DNA of 64,000 nt from assembly GCA_030141605.1 (NCBI GenBank), contig JAQGDQ010000245.1, positions 62,001-126,000 of the forward strand, given 5' to 3'. Position 1 is the first letter of the stretch. The number at the start of each line of letters is the position of its first letter. The position numbers were made by a program, and so were the translations under genes. This stretch comes from Tubiluchus corallicola. Lineage: Eukaryota > Animalia > Priapulida. This document shows positions 11,560-24,617 of this stretch, piece after piece. Under the pieces are notes generated by a model. The model did no database searches. It saw only the letters and a list, made by a program, of their open reading frames with translations, and was not told the DNA's origin.

Positions 11560-13529
11560 CTACCTTATTATGATAATACGTGCCATTTTGAACTAGTCTT
11601 AACTGAAATACATATAATTATATGAAAAGCACAATTTTAAAGAAATGCGAAACTTGTTTCCAATTTTTACTGACAATTTTGTATTGTTCATGTTTATGTT
11701 TCTGTAACTTTTCACATATGTAAGTTCAGTTTATGAGATTGGACAATTTTTAACATACTAACTTAATTAATGATCTCATTGTCCTTATTTTGTAAATAAT
11801 TATTTTCTGTATTTTTGTTTTATTTATTTATTCTAACAATGATTAACTACCGTGACATTATTTTGGTGTTGGTGACAGTTACAGTTGCATTTTATGACAA
11901 TATTACTGTGATGCACATTGCACATGCATGTTTTACAAGTGATTGTGCAGCATGCGTTTGATAAATTTTTCATTCCGCTGAGTAAAATTAAGGAGTTGCT
12001 GCTTTTTTTTACTATTATAGATGAATTGAACTATATACATATAGAGTCCCTCATAGTCTTTCAGCATTGGTTTTTGACTATATACTCATCAGCTTGGCTA
12101 CAATCTTTTATCATGTTTCAGTGACTGTTAATCAAGTATAATAAATTATTTCAATTTACAGTCATGTTATAATTATAATTATTATGATGTGGTTGGTTAT
12201 GATACTTCAATTGCATTCCTTCATTTTTCTGAAATTACTTTAGTAGGTAAGCATATATTTCACTATCATAAGTTTTATATAATCTTGTAGTCATTAATTA
12301 TTATATCGGCTGGGAAAATTTGCATTGGTAATGTTCTGATATATCCTCATGTAATATTTATTGTATCAATTTTGCACTTACCTTTATGCAATTAATTAGT
12401 TAATTAGCTACTGACGTACTAAGGAAATTACTGGTGGAGCATATGAAGTCAAATACTAACTTAAATTATTTATTTTGTTCTGTATGACTAATGTCCCGTA
12501 TGTCAAAAAACTAGATTGTTGTGCAAATTGTTAAAAGGAAAATTTTGAATGTACAAGATCATGTGTATAACTTTTGAAGATTTTATAACGAATTTTTTAT
12601 AATAAACTTTTTAGAATGTATAATATGTGTTGTGCACTACGTAATTACATAAAAACAATTTTCCTCCATTAAAGGGTTCTAACCTGTACATCAGCCCTCG
12701 GTAAGATAAAAACAGCTAGTGACTGTGTGGCAAATGAACCACCCAGAAGCTGTTTTCTGAGCATCGCCTATCTACTTACTGACCAGACTCACAATTACTT
12801 AAGTTCCATCGCTAAGTACGCATTGTATTCACTTACCTATCCCTTCATCCAAATGGAAATTCACTTGGCAGAGAAAGAAACAGTGAAGCAAATTGTTTTA
12901 ATAAACATTGTTTATTTTCCATTTTAATAACTTTGATTTTCCAAAAAAAAAACACATAAAATTTGCATCACATTTTACTTCTTTCACCAGAGTTTAATAT
13001 CATTCCCATCCACACCATATATAGCCTTTCCCTAGATTTTTTTACACAATGATGACTCTCGTTAGATTTTGTACAGATCTATAGATATTTGTCACCACCA
13101 AGAAAATGTACACACACCTGCCTCCACAAGCAACAAGTAAAGTCATTTTCAAACTGGCAAAGCATATTTGCTTATCGAACAAGATCAAAAGCCCAAAAAA
13201 TTTTTTGACTTGTCTTGTTCAGTTTCACACCCATAAATACAATGAAAAACTTGCATGCTCTTTGTTGTGCTTTATCAGGTCTGAAACCTTTCAGTGGGGT
13301 ACTTAATATTGGCACAAATAAGAATAACTGCATTTCATTACCATTTATAGTTTGGGTATGACTGCAATAACATACTAGAAGGCCTCATTTTGTAAAAAAA
13401 TTCACTATTTGAATTAAAGCCCTTTGAGCTGCTGTTCTAGTGGGGCACAGTGACTACAATTCATATTTATGTAACAAACAGTCATAGTCGTTAGGTTGTA
13501 TATGAGAAGATTCGCTGATTAACAACTTA

Positions 13530-14110
13530 AATGAAAACAGGATGATTTTTTATATCCTACCCCATTTTGGAGTACGGTAAAAAGTACACACTTTAAGACC
13601 TGTAATGATACTAAAGCGTTTCTGGTAATTAAATAATAGATTGAAACTTAATTAATGGCGCGCAAGCCAAACTAGCAATGACATCACACCTGAACTTAAT
13701 TTTCAACAGCACAAACATTCCACGAGCATAGTATGAGTTTGTCAAGCGAAAATTTAAGTACACGGCTAATGTACAAATTTCAGTGAGTGTGATATACAAA
13801 AGCTCGGCAAATTTTAAGTTTAAAATTTGAATTTCAAGTTTACTGCTGTGCTCACGTATGAACTCTCAAACGTGTGTACTATGTCACAACTGAACACCTC
13901 TGAAGTGAAAAGTACAGCACCTGTTTTTTGTGTAACATGTTTCTGAGATGCAGGCACTGGCGCCCATCTAACTAGCAAATGGCAAATGCAGAACTAGCCA
14001 ACCAAACGCAAAATTACCATATTGTGGTATTAATTATTTCACGTAAGTCATTCTTGGAAAAATTGTTGTATGTTCCCATTCAAAATTTTACAGGGTAGAT
14101 TGTTTTGAAT
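13530..14110 (+). mobile_element. Interspersed non-autonomous repeat, copy 1 (homologous to 61790-62600)
   Basis: Colinear similarity over ~550 bp, e.g. gaaaacaggatgattttt, ctacccca, acttaattaa.ggcg.gc.agcc, tgctcacg.atga, ttcacgtaagtcatt.ttggaaaa, gtagattgttt. Confidence 0.75.
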
Positions 14111-14581
14111 TATAGTTGAAGATAAGGTCCAGTTTTTCTTTAACATGGTCATGCTTACGACAGTTATCTTTGTCAAATAATAGCCATAAGGAATTTTAAG
14201 AAATATCTCCAGAGGTGTCTATAAATAAATAAATAAATACGTAAGATGGTAAACAAAAATAATTATCACCATGATTGCAATCATAATCATTGCATATGTC
14301 ACGCAGATAATTCACTTATCTTAAATGTTCAAAATGGTTCATTTTGACCAAATATGCTATCAATACACCAGTTGAGAAAATTCGTTTGATGTTCATGAAA
14401 TGACAGTAGGTCAATCTACTCTTATGCCATAACCGTACTGCTCATTATTCCAGGGAACTATTGTCTGCCAGCTATTTGATATGTAAAGCAAGGCATACTG
14501 GCAATGCAATGCCCAGCCTAGTTTTGAATTACCTGTTATTTTAATACCATACCTACAATAAAACAATACTGTACATTTTTA

Positions 14582-17500
14582 TCATTCCATATGTTCTAAA
14601 TCAGCTATAAGTACCATCATCACAACACTACTTATCAGTGCCAGTATTTCTTTAACAGTCTGCCAGAAATTCGTCTCTGCCTCCAGAAGCTCCGGAATCA
14701 CTGAAACAGTTGCGATGTAGATGAATCCACCAGCTGTAAATGGAAGGATCCATACCGTGGCTTCCTCTCCGGCATGCTCTGCTAGAAGCCCTAGGACGCA
14801 ACCGGCTAAAGCACCGGTTGCAGTCGACAGTTGCAGCATCATAGCCTAAAAAACACACTCATTGCAGAGGCTCACAGAAGATATTTGTTTTATTGAGCTA
14901 TCACAATGACATAATGACAAGAACAAAAACAGGACAGATTTAATCAAAACTTTTAAAATGATGAAAATGCAAACTAGAGACAAAATCCTACTGATTTCGG
15001 ACTATAATGGTTCAAGAGCGAAAATAACAAATCAGAAAAAATATGTGCACAGTGTATCAACAATAGCATAAAAAAGGAAATTGTTTGTATTTGTAAGCAT
15101 AAGATTAATAATCAAATGCTTGTTGATTAATTTCTTTGCAATACAGTGTAGTAACATTTGACTGTAAGTAATATCTTCTATAAATGTATTGCTAATTTAC
15201 AGAGTTCGATATTATTAACAGACACTATGAGGCTAAACTTTACATTTTTGTTGTTTATTCCAGAAAAAGGAAAAAATTAGAAGCTTGTAAAAATCTGGTC
15301 TGTGGAAAATGGAAAAATTGCACTGAAGATGACATTTATAATAAAAAGTTTTCACTAGCACTTCAAGACTAATACTTTGATTAGAGACATAAAACTCAAA
15401 CCAAGCTCAAGGCCAACCCGTTTCTTAAGATTTTTTGATTCCAGTATCCTGAGCATGAAATTCGCCCTCGCACCATCATTGAATACAGTCTTTAAAAAAA
15501 TCTCGAAGTTTCAGATCAAATTGTAAGTCACACTAACAGTTTATTAACATAACTTTTCAAAAATATAAGAAAGTAAGGAAATATCACATTCTGTGGGACA
15601 TGGGAGGGTATGGAAATTTTTGCGGTGGTTCTACTGAACTTACTTTTGCAGCCGTTGTATTCACAGTTAAATTCACTTATTGGACCAGTTTGGAGGCAAC
15701 ACAAATGCAGGAACCCCACTCGCATAATGTCGTGAAATGATACTACTGAACCAATGCTTGTTTTAGTGTCAAGCTTTTATTGCCACAAAGCAAACCTTAA
15801 TGATGCCAATAGATTTACACATTTCCAATTGATTACACAATATATGCAACCTCTATAACCTTATATCACAATAATCAGTATTATACAGATGATTCTAAGG
15901 TTAACATCGTAGTAAAATGCTTTACTAATTTGTTCGCGGTAAATTTGATGCATTTGTTCTGAGTCTACCTGCCTTGCCTACCAAGTGCAATCATGTGACC
16001 TACATGTGACCTGGGAAGAGAGAACAAACCAACCAAAAATTTTGATCACATCATCCGCAATTTTGGAACACTCACACGAATTCACAATTAGCGATCCCAG
16101 TGTTTTAACAGGGAAGTTCAGACTAAAGATCTGTTACAAATCATCTTCGTTCGCAGTTACAGAAATGGTAGTGTCAAAATAAAAGAAGTCCAGTCAGAAT
16201 ATGATAACTTGAAACAAAAGGAAAACTGTGAAACACTGAATGATGAGATAATACAAAAAGGCTGTCTTCAGGACCTCTCCACACACTCCCAAGAATGTCC
16301 TATCCTAAGTTAAGAACCACAGCTCTAGGCAAATTTGTTCCGTCTCTTAGTCTGTTTACAAAAGTCAGTGCACATTTGTACATATTGATGTTTGTCATAT
16401 ATGTAACAAGTTGTTTTTGTCATTACGTTTATAAACTAAACAGACTAATTAGGTCTTGCTTTTGTACCTACTTACTGATTACATTTTGCTACATTAACAT
16501 ACCTTTTTCTTTGTGGCGCCACTTTGTATAAGAATAGCGAAATCACCTATCTCATGAGGAACTTCATGTATCAATATTGTAATCGTCGTGATAATTCCTA
16601 TGTTTCTACTGGCAAGGAATGATGCGCCGATGGCCAAACCATCGGTAAAGTTATGAGTGAAATCGGCAGCGAGATTCAACCAACCTGATACTTTGATATT
16701 GGACAATGAGTTTGTTTCTGAAATAGAAACTAAGAAAGTAATTAATGAAGACAAAATTCCTGAGAAATTATCTCACGTCTATAATAGTGGTATTATATGG
16801 TTAGCCAATAGATTAGTGAATTGTGAGAAATGCAGTTTTATAAATGCAGTGCAATATTTGTTTGTTACTTTACTATCTGTCTACATGTAAGTTCTAGGGA
16901 TACCATCCCATCCATTTACCGGTTGTATTGCCCCTAAACTTCTGTTCCCCGGCCAGCCATTTTCAGTTTAACTCAGCCTGTGGTCAACAAAATGAAAGCA
17001 AAATACTGGTGTAAAGCTTTAAATAACTAAGCATTTTTCAACTAACTTAAGCTGATTCAACATTAAAAAATTGAAGTAAATCCGATGTGACTAATCCAAA
17101 TTTGCAATCAAATTTTCTTAATTTATTACGCATCCCTTAAAATTTGGCATAATTTCCCCAGGACTCATCAGTTTATTACCTGATATGGCATCCAATGCTT
17201 GTTTTATATCAGTGTTTTTGCTGTCATCCTGTTTCTTTCGCTTTTTCAGCTTTTTATTTTTGCCCTTATCTGAATCTGAATGTTTGTCAGATTCGTCGTT
17301 AGCATCAGCATCCCGTTCAGAGTCGGACGTTTTAGCTTTGGGTTTGGGAGCATCATCATGAGAATGGGAATGCTTTCCTCCTTTTATGGCTCTGAAAGTA
17401 AAAAATAAAAATGATTTGTACAGGTCACAGATCATCATGCCTGATATTCAGATAACAAATAGTCAATAATTTCTTGATTAGATGACCCATTTTATCTATT

Positions 17501-18783
17501 AACTGACTCATCACTCGAAATAAAAGTCAGCTTTTCGTACATTGTAAATACATATGAAATAACTTCATAAGATATGTGCCAAACAAGGCTAGGCAGAACT
17601 TTGACGAAAATCTATTTAACTGAAAGGTTAATAAACAAACCCAAACCGTAAAAATCTTCTGATTCACAAAAATAAATTATCCATGCCATTCAGCATAGGT
17701 TCATGATTGTGAGAGAAATTTCTAAAGTTCAGCTATAAAGTTCTAAAAAGCAAACTAAATTTTTGCATAAAGTCAGATAGTCTTTCAACAATTTAAAATA
17801 TGTGAGAAACAAAGACTGAAAATAATTAGGATCTACACAAAAGATGCTAACATTTATTTTAATATTAAGTATTTCAAATATAAATTAACAGAAACAGCAG
17901 TTCAGTATAATATGCAGTTTAAACATGCAGTATAATAACATAATTAGACAAAGTCAAGATAAAACTGAATTTATTAAAACTACCTTATAAACTTTTCTAT
18001 TATGAGGAAAGCCACAATGCCAGCGAGAACCCACAATCCTATTTTCATCTCATGTGCATGATCATGTGGGTGTGCATCACTGTCAGACATATACGTTGTT
18101 TCAACTGGCTTCATAGCATTAATCGCATGAGGAATAAGATGCAGAAATGCATCTCCCAATAAGCCACCCGATGCAAAACTGAGCAAGACGTTAAGAAAAG
18201 GACGGCTTTGAGCATCATTGCGCTGCAGCGGTATGAAAAACAAAATGAAAAATGGAGCAGCACTTATCAAAAGTGTTGAACCAATGGCACTGAGCCACAT
18301 AGTAAGCGAGTCCTGTCTAAAACTCTTATGTTGACCACCATGGTTACGACCATGGCTGTGTCCATGACTATGACTATGTCCATGACTATGTAAATGCGAG
18401 TGCGCCTGTTCACGATCTAAATCAGGCTTTTTCATATTTGCCTCAGCCGTGTACTTGTATGAAGGTTCTTCAAAGCCTTGGTCCATGGCATCATGGTTAT
18501 GGCTATGTAAGTGATCATGTCTTGCATGATGACTATGGGAATGCTCATGGCGGTGCATGGGTTCATGATCGTGTCCTACATCTTCATGACTATGAGAATG
18601 TTCCTGGCCATGTACGTGTGCATGTCCATGATGATGCTCATGACTAGCAGCCGGCAGTATTTTTTCTTTTCCAAGAAACTCAGTTTTATCGTCTTTATTG
18701 TTTTGAAGGTGACCGGTGCCTAAATCTAAGATAACGCAAGCTAATACAATAAATATAAAATTATGCATATTGTGAAAACCCAT
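14582..18783 (-). CDS. SLC39A7: Zinc transporter ZIP7 / Catsup (LIV-1 subfamily)
   Basis: Exons 18783-17984, 17391-17180, 16717-16503, 14845-14582 in phase. Signal peptide, His-rich N-terminus, [84 protein letters not shown]. Confidence 0.95.
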
Positions 18784-18861
18784 TGAACATCACTTAATAA
18801 CGGTTCACTCAACTCCGCAGTTTTCATTACATACATGCAGACACGCGTATAATCGATTTTT

Positions 18862-18875
18862 CTGCCCCCTGTTGG
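18862..18875 (-). promoter_or_regulatory. CTCF-like motif ~80 bp upstream of the ZIP7 start codon
   Basis: Minus strand reads CCAACAGGGGGCAG, close to the CTCF core CCASYAGRKGGCRS, and is GC-rich in an AT-rich context. Confidence 0.4.
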
Positions 18876-18944
18876 GAAGGGAATGGAATTTTTGGTTATT
18901 TTCGGAAAAAAGATTTCTTCCCTTGCTTAGGCAGTTTAGCTAAC

Positions 18945-19450
18945 AACATTAGGAGCTTTAAGCGTTTACCCGTCAGACGTGACGGGCGTATGATGATGAT
19001 GATGATTTAGGCCTAAGTGTATTAAGTAACAAGAAATTAAGTCTTAACGTGAGTCTTTGATTATTTAATGCTTACGTTACCAGCATATTTATGTACAACA
19101 GCGAAACTCGGGGTTTAACGATTATTCATGAAAAGCAGATTGACACATTTCATAGAAGTCTTCTTAGGAAAGTTTTAAAGATAAGATGGCCATACATAAT
19201 CTAAAATGAAGATTTATACAGAAGAACGAAAGAAATTTATTGGAGTTCAAAAGTCAAGATCCGAAGATTAAGATGGCTAGGACATTTTCTAAGATTACCA
19301 AATGAAGCCCCAGTAAGAATCGCCTTAAAAATAAAGGAAGCCTTAAAACCTTGCAAAAAACCACCTGTCAAACCTGAAACAACTTGGATAGCTAAGATAA
19401 ATAAAGATGTTAAACAACTTGAACCAAATCTATCTGTAGGCGTAGAAAAA
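18945..19450 (+). mobile_element. RTE-clade LINE remnants (3' hairpin with (TGA)n tail, followed by an RT C-terminal fragment)
   Basis: cccgtcagacgtgacggg hairpin followed by tgatgatgatgatgat at ~18969-19006. From ~19260 the frame reads RRLRWLGHFLRLPNEAPVRIALK...TTWIAKINKDVKQL. Confidence 0.6.
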
Positions 19451-20404
19451 GACCTTGAAGGACGCCTAGAAAACTTTGCCGGTAAATTTATCTCAAATTT
19501 AATTTTATAGCTCTATTATATGTTCTGTTTTATGTCATAGCTAGGTAACTAGAAAATGTATAATTGGACGAGATAACTTTTTAAATGAAGGGATGGATAT
19601 CATGTATGCCTGTTGATTTATAAAGGTTGATTTTATGGTTTACTTGATTCTGTTCCTGGTCATCAATGATGACTCGGCTTCAAATGTGAATTTGAATAGA
19701 TTCACGTTGTTAGCACTAATAATACTTTCATTAAGGTTGCTGGAAGATGACTCTGTTCAGGCTATTCCCAGTGGCTATACATGATCTATGTCTATACCTA
19801 ATATTGCTATCACTATCAGACTCCTGTATATCCACATCATAAAAGAGTAAGCCAAAAAGAAAACTGTATCATGTCATGCTGTTGTTCACTCTGTGTGTGG
19901 AGAAATTGTTTTGTATATCTGTATGAGCACGTGGTTTAAAGAACTTGAGCCGGTGACTTCTAGTAACTTGATTATTTAGTTAATGTTGATCTTGTAGTAA
20001 CCACGATGAATCACCACAAGTTGCACATTTATTAGCATTCAAAAATAAAAGCCATTTATTATACCATGAATGTAATCTATTTAGATGTGATTGTAGAATG
20101 TCAAAGTCAAATTTTGTAGCGATTTCTCTATAAATTTTGCTGCCATCTGCAAAAAGGTTGGTTGTATTCCCATTTCAATTAGGTAAATCATTTATGTAGT
20201 AGTAGTTTAAAATGTAGTAGTATATTCTTATGTCATTTATATTTCTTGCATCTATAACAAAGAAGCAAATATTGTTTAATGTTTCGTAATTTCTATTAGA
20301 GATTAATTCAGGAATAGTCCCATCAAGATCAACAGCCATTAAGTCTCATCAAGATCAACAGTCATTACACTAGAAAAATAATTACATATTTATGGCTAGT
20401 GATT

Positions 20405-21190
20405 TCCATACCACTTTAAAATTAAGAGTGGCAGAGGTTAATCGAGTAAAATCACTGTAATCCCCTACTTCACGTCTAAATGTCTTTCAGCTTGTTCTTG
20501 AATTTATTCACTGAGGACACTTTATCAATATCAGATGGGAGTAAATTCCACCCTTTAATCAACTTTTCTGTGAAAAAATATTTTCTACAGTCTAATCTGG
20601 CTCTGTATTTATAGATTTTAAGAATGTCCTCTGGTTCTGCTTTTATTAAGCAATGTAAACTTTTTTTATGCCACCTAACGCATAATTTTATAAGTTTGCA
20701 TCAAATCTTATAAATCTCCTTGATGCCTCCATGGTTGTAAATGAATACTCTCTAAGTCTTCCTTCATACCTTCAATCATGCTGGTCGCCCTACATAGTAC
20801 ACCTTGTAAGAGCTTTATGTCTTTCCTATAAAGTGGATTCCAAGCTTGTATACAATACATATGTGCTCTGCTTTTGGTCTTACCAAGCTTTTGTACATTT
20901 TCATCGTTGTAGTAATAGCTCTGGATACAAATTGTCTTTTTATCATTCCTAAAGTTTGGTTAGCACTCTTCATCAACTCAGAATACTGGCTTGCAGATTT
21001 CTAGTAATCAACACATCCAAGTCCCTTTCTTCTCTAGCAGATGCCGACTACACACCATTCATGTAATGCACCTAGCTTACCAGGGTTTTTATTCCCTAAG
21101 TGCATTTGTCGACATTGAAAATCATCTTTTAATCCATAGTCCACCTGCATTGCTGTTCTAAAAAACTTTGCAGTTCAGCAGCTTCAAACT
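20405..21190 (-). mobile_element. CR1-clade LINE 3' fragment (degenerate)
   Basis: Minus-strand decayed RT C-terminus (YKALVR..EHMYC.QAWNPLYRKDI; TRGHSLKIY; VNKFKNKL). Shares the 3' terminal motif ccatac..cacttt.aaatt.agagtgg with the copy at 41521. Confidence 0.75.
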
Positions 21191-21674
21191 CAGATGATTT
21201 TGCTATTATTATACAAGAGACAGTCAATGTCTACATTAGTCAAAAAGTTTGAGATTAATTTTTGATTTTTTAGCAATTGTCCTTTCATATTTAATTTTAG
21301 CATTAGTAGTTTCATAATCATCTCCTTATCAACCAAGAGATTATAATTGTGTGCATTTAAACTAAATTACTTTTTTAAAATATTTATTTTAATATTAAAC
21401 ATTTTAAATATTTGTATCCATTGTAAAGTTTGATTCTAATTACTAATAATAATTATTCTGACACCACAATCATTATTTTTAAATAACAAAATGTAATTGT
21501 GACATATTGCAAAACTCTACAGTAAGGTACTTGATTATTAATACATTGCTAGAAGAGAGAACAGTTGAATACAGGTACACATCTTGTTTCCACCGATGTC
21601 AGTTATACCAAGTAAAGTCAATTCTAATTTTTTCTTAACAGTTATCAGGTGTTGTAGCTAAACATTGGGACACC

Positions 21675-24617
21675 ATGGACCTTGCTAAACTGGAACTTGA
21701 TGCTAAAGCAACAGCATCAAAACATGTTGCCAACATGCTACAGCGACCAGATCAATTGGAAAAAGTGGATCAATTTAAACGCCGAGTTGCAAGGAAAAAA
21801 GTAATCTCTAGATGAATAATCTTGGAGCTCTCATTCTCTTGATTGATTTGTAAATTAATAGCTTGTGGTGACATGATTTCATTTTTGTCAATTTAATTAA
21901 TTATGATTGATTAGTTAATGATTTAATTAATTTCTTCCAAAGGTAATATAAAGTAATCGTAATAAATTACCAACTGGCCAGAATTAACTTGAATCGCATT
22001 AGGGCAAGGAAAAATAGATGAATGGTCACAATACGTGCTTGGCCATCAAAATTAAGACAAAAGCTGTAGTACTTGTGAAAATATAATTTTACATAATGTT
22101 TGTCATTAAAATCTTATTCAAACAAACAGCTTTGTGCGTGATATGTTGTTCTTTATCGATATTATCACATTTCAAGTTTACCCCTTTGCAATCAATTTTT
22201 TCAAGAAATTACGTGTAAGTCTGCTTCATTTAAATATAAAAACTTACAGATTCATCAATAATATTGATAAGTAGGTTTACTCTGTTTTTGTTTTAGGCAT
22301 CAGTTGAAACCATGCTGAAAACTGCAATGCAGTCGCAGTTGGATGGAGTTAAAACAGGACTACAACAGTTGCAGACAGCACAGCAGGACATTCAAGAAAT
22401 CAAGAATGGTACAATAAGCTTTTTTAAAATGTGTCACTAACTTGCTTCTCTGTTATGACGTAGCCGTTCTTTAGTAGTATCTTCTGCAAGTAGAACATTT
22501 GAATCTTCTAAGACTAAGGATATATGGTGATTGGAAATTGTTTTTTTAACTGTTTTGTAGGACTAAAAGAAGTAGAGAATGCATATGTGTCTGTGGCTCA
22601 TCTGTCAAAACAACTGGAAGAGTTGCGAAGGGAAAGTGTTAAACACACACAATATGCAGCGGCAGTTCAAAATCTGAAGCACATTGTAAATGTTCCTGAA
22701 AACGTAGAACGTGCCAGACAGGCAGTTAGCGAAGGACAACTTCTCCTGGCTCATAAATATGTAAATGACCTTGAAACTTCAAGGAATGGTCTTTTGTTTG
22801 AATTACACAAGCAACAGGGTCAGAGTCCCACTGACCGAAATTTCATCAAACAATATTTTGCAGATGTGGATAATTTGTCTGATGAGCTAGGGAAACAAAT
22901 TTGGATTGTTGTTGGAAGAACATTGACTTGTGTCAGAAAGGAACCTCAAATTATTGTAACAGCTCTAAGGATAATTGAACGAGAAGAAATGAAAGATGCA
23001 TTCTATCAGAAACGGCAAGACCAAACTGGATTCCTGGCACCTGGAAGGCCGAAAAAGTGGCGCCAAAGGTCTTTTTCAGTTTTGGAGCAGGCGGTGGCAA
23101 CTCGAATAGAAGCCAACCAGTTTGAAGACCGAAGTACAAACAAAATGTGGTTGGTAAGACATCTAGAGGTGACCCGTCTACTGCTGATCGAAGATCTGAA
23201 GGTGGTGAAGACACTGTGCGAGCCCTGCTTTCCTCCACACTATGACATCGTGAACCGGTATGTAAAACTGTATCATGATTGCCTTTCTCAGCACCTTCAG
23301 GAACTAGTCTCTGCGGAACTAGAAGGTAATGAGATCATTACATTATTAAATTGGGTGAATTCCTACAGTGGCGTGGAACTGATGAAGCATCCGCAGTTGA
23401 TGCTAGACACCTCACAACTTGCACCATTGCTCGAAAATAAAATCATTGATTCACTGATGAATAAGTATGTACAAACACTGGATGCTAATATTGGCGAGTG
23501 GATACAAAACACGCTCAGGGCGGAAGTGAAAGATTGGAACAGGAATGAGACTCCTGAAGCAGATTCAGATGGTTATTTTCAAACCCCTGTGCCCGTTATT
23601 CTTTTCCAGATGGTAGAACAGCATATGCAAGTGGCTGGACAGATTGGTGATGATATGATGTGCCGAGTACTTTCACTGTGCATCAACAAAGTGATAGAGT
23701 TTTCTCTGTTAATAAAAGCAGCAGCATCAGATTACAAGCAAAAGCATCACAGCGGACGAAAACAAAAAAAAGTACCTGAGGATCAGACCGACTATATTCC
23801 GGTTAACGAGTTCTACGTCCACTACTTGATTGCTATTATAAATAACTGTCAGGCATTTTGTGATCTAGCTACAAAATTACCTCACCGCTATGCTCAATTG
23901 CCAGCAAGTGGATCTACTGTTAAGACATCAGTGGATAGATTGTTGAATTCATTTCAAGAAGTGGCAAATGCGTGCTGCGGATATCTTGTGGAAGAAGTGT
24001 TTCTAGATGTAGACACACTGGTGCAGGATTTGATGACGACGCGATGGCAAACTACAAATTCTGCCATTGACACAATATGTATAACAATTGAAGACTATAG
24101 TAATGATTTTGTGCATGTGAAGAAGCCCTATTACATTCAGGTGATGAGCATGATCGAACGAACCTTAGTTTGTGAGTACATTAAAGCTATGATGCAAAAA
24201 AAGGTGACATACAAAGCTTATGAAGAAAGAAAACTGGTTGCAGACAAAATCGTCAATGAAGCAAATCAGATGGAACATCTCTTTAATAGACTAGTTCAGA
24301 GCAGCAAAAAAGAACAAGTCTGTGAAGTTCTAAGGCAGCTAACAGAGTTGCTGTCACTTAAAGACACATCAATGCTATCGCTGGAAATATGTGGTTTAGC
24401 AACCAAATATCCAGACATAACGGCAGACCAATTAGCGTCTATTCTTGCTCTACGAGGCGACATTGGAAAATCAGAGAGTAGACAACTCGTCATTGATTCC
24501 ATGCCGGACGAAAGCCAGTTATCTAGTAAGAAGACAATATTTTCTGACGTCCCTTCTCCTGAAGGCCTATTGAAAAAGTTGGGATTTTCATCGTCACCTG
24601 ATCCTCCCAGAACTTGA
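21675..24617 (+). CDS. EXOC3: Exocyst complex component 3 (Sec6)
   Basis: Exons 21675-21800 (MDLAKLE...[25 protein letters not shown]), 22297-22408 ([22 protein letters not shown]) and 22561-24617 ([49 protein letters not shown]). Confidence 0.95.

Noticed and set aside
19655-19770. Possible C/D box snoRNA (ATGATGA at ~19665)
   Set aside because: No CTGA D box or terminal stem at a suitable distance.
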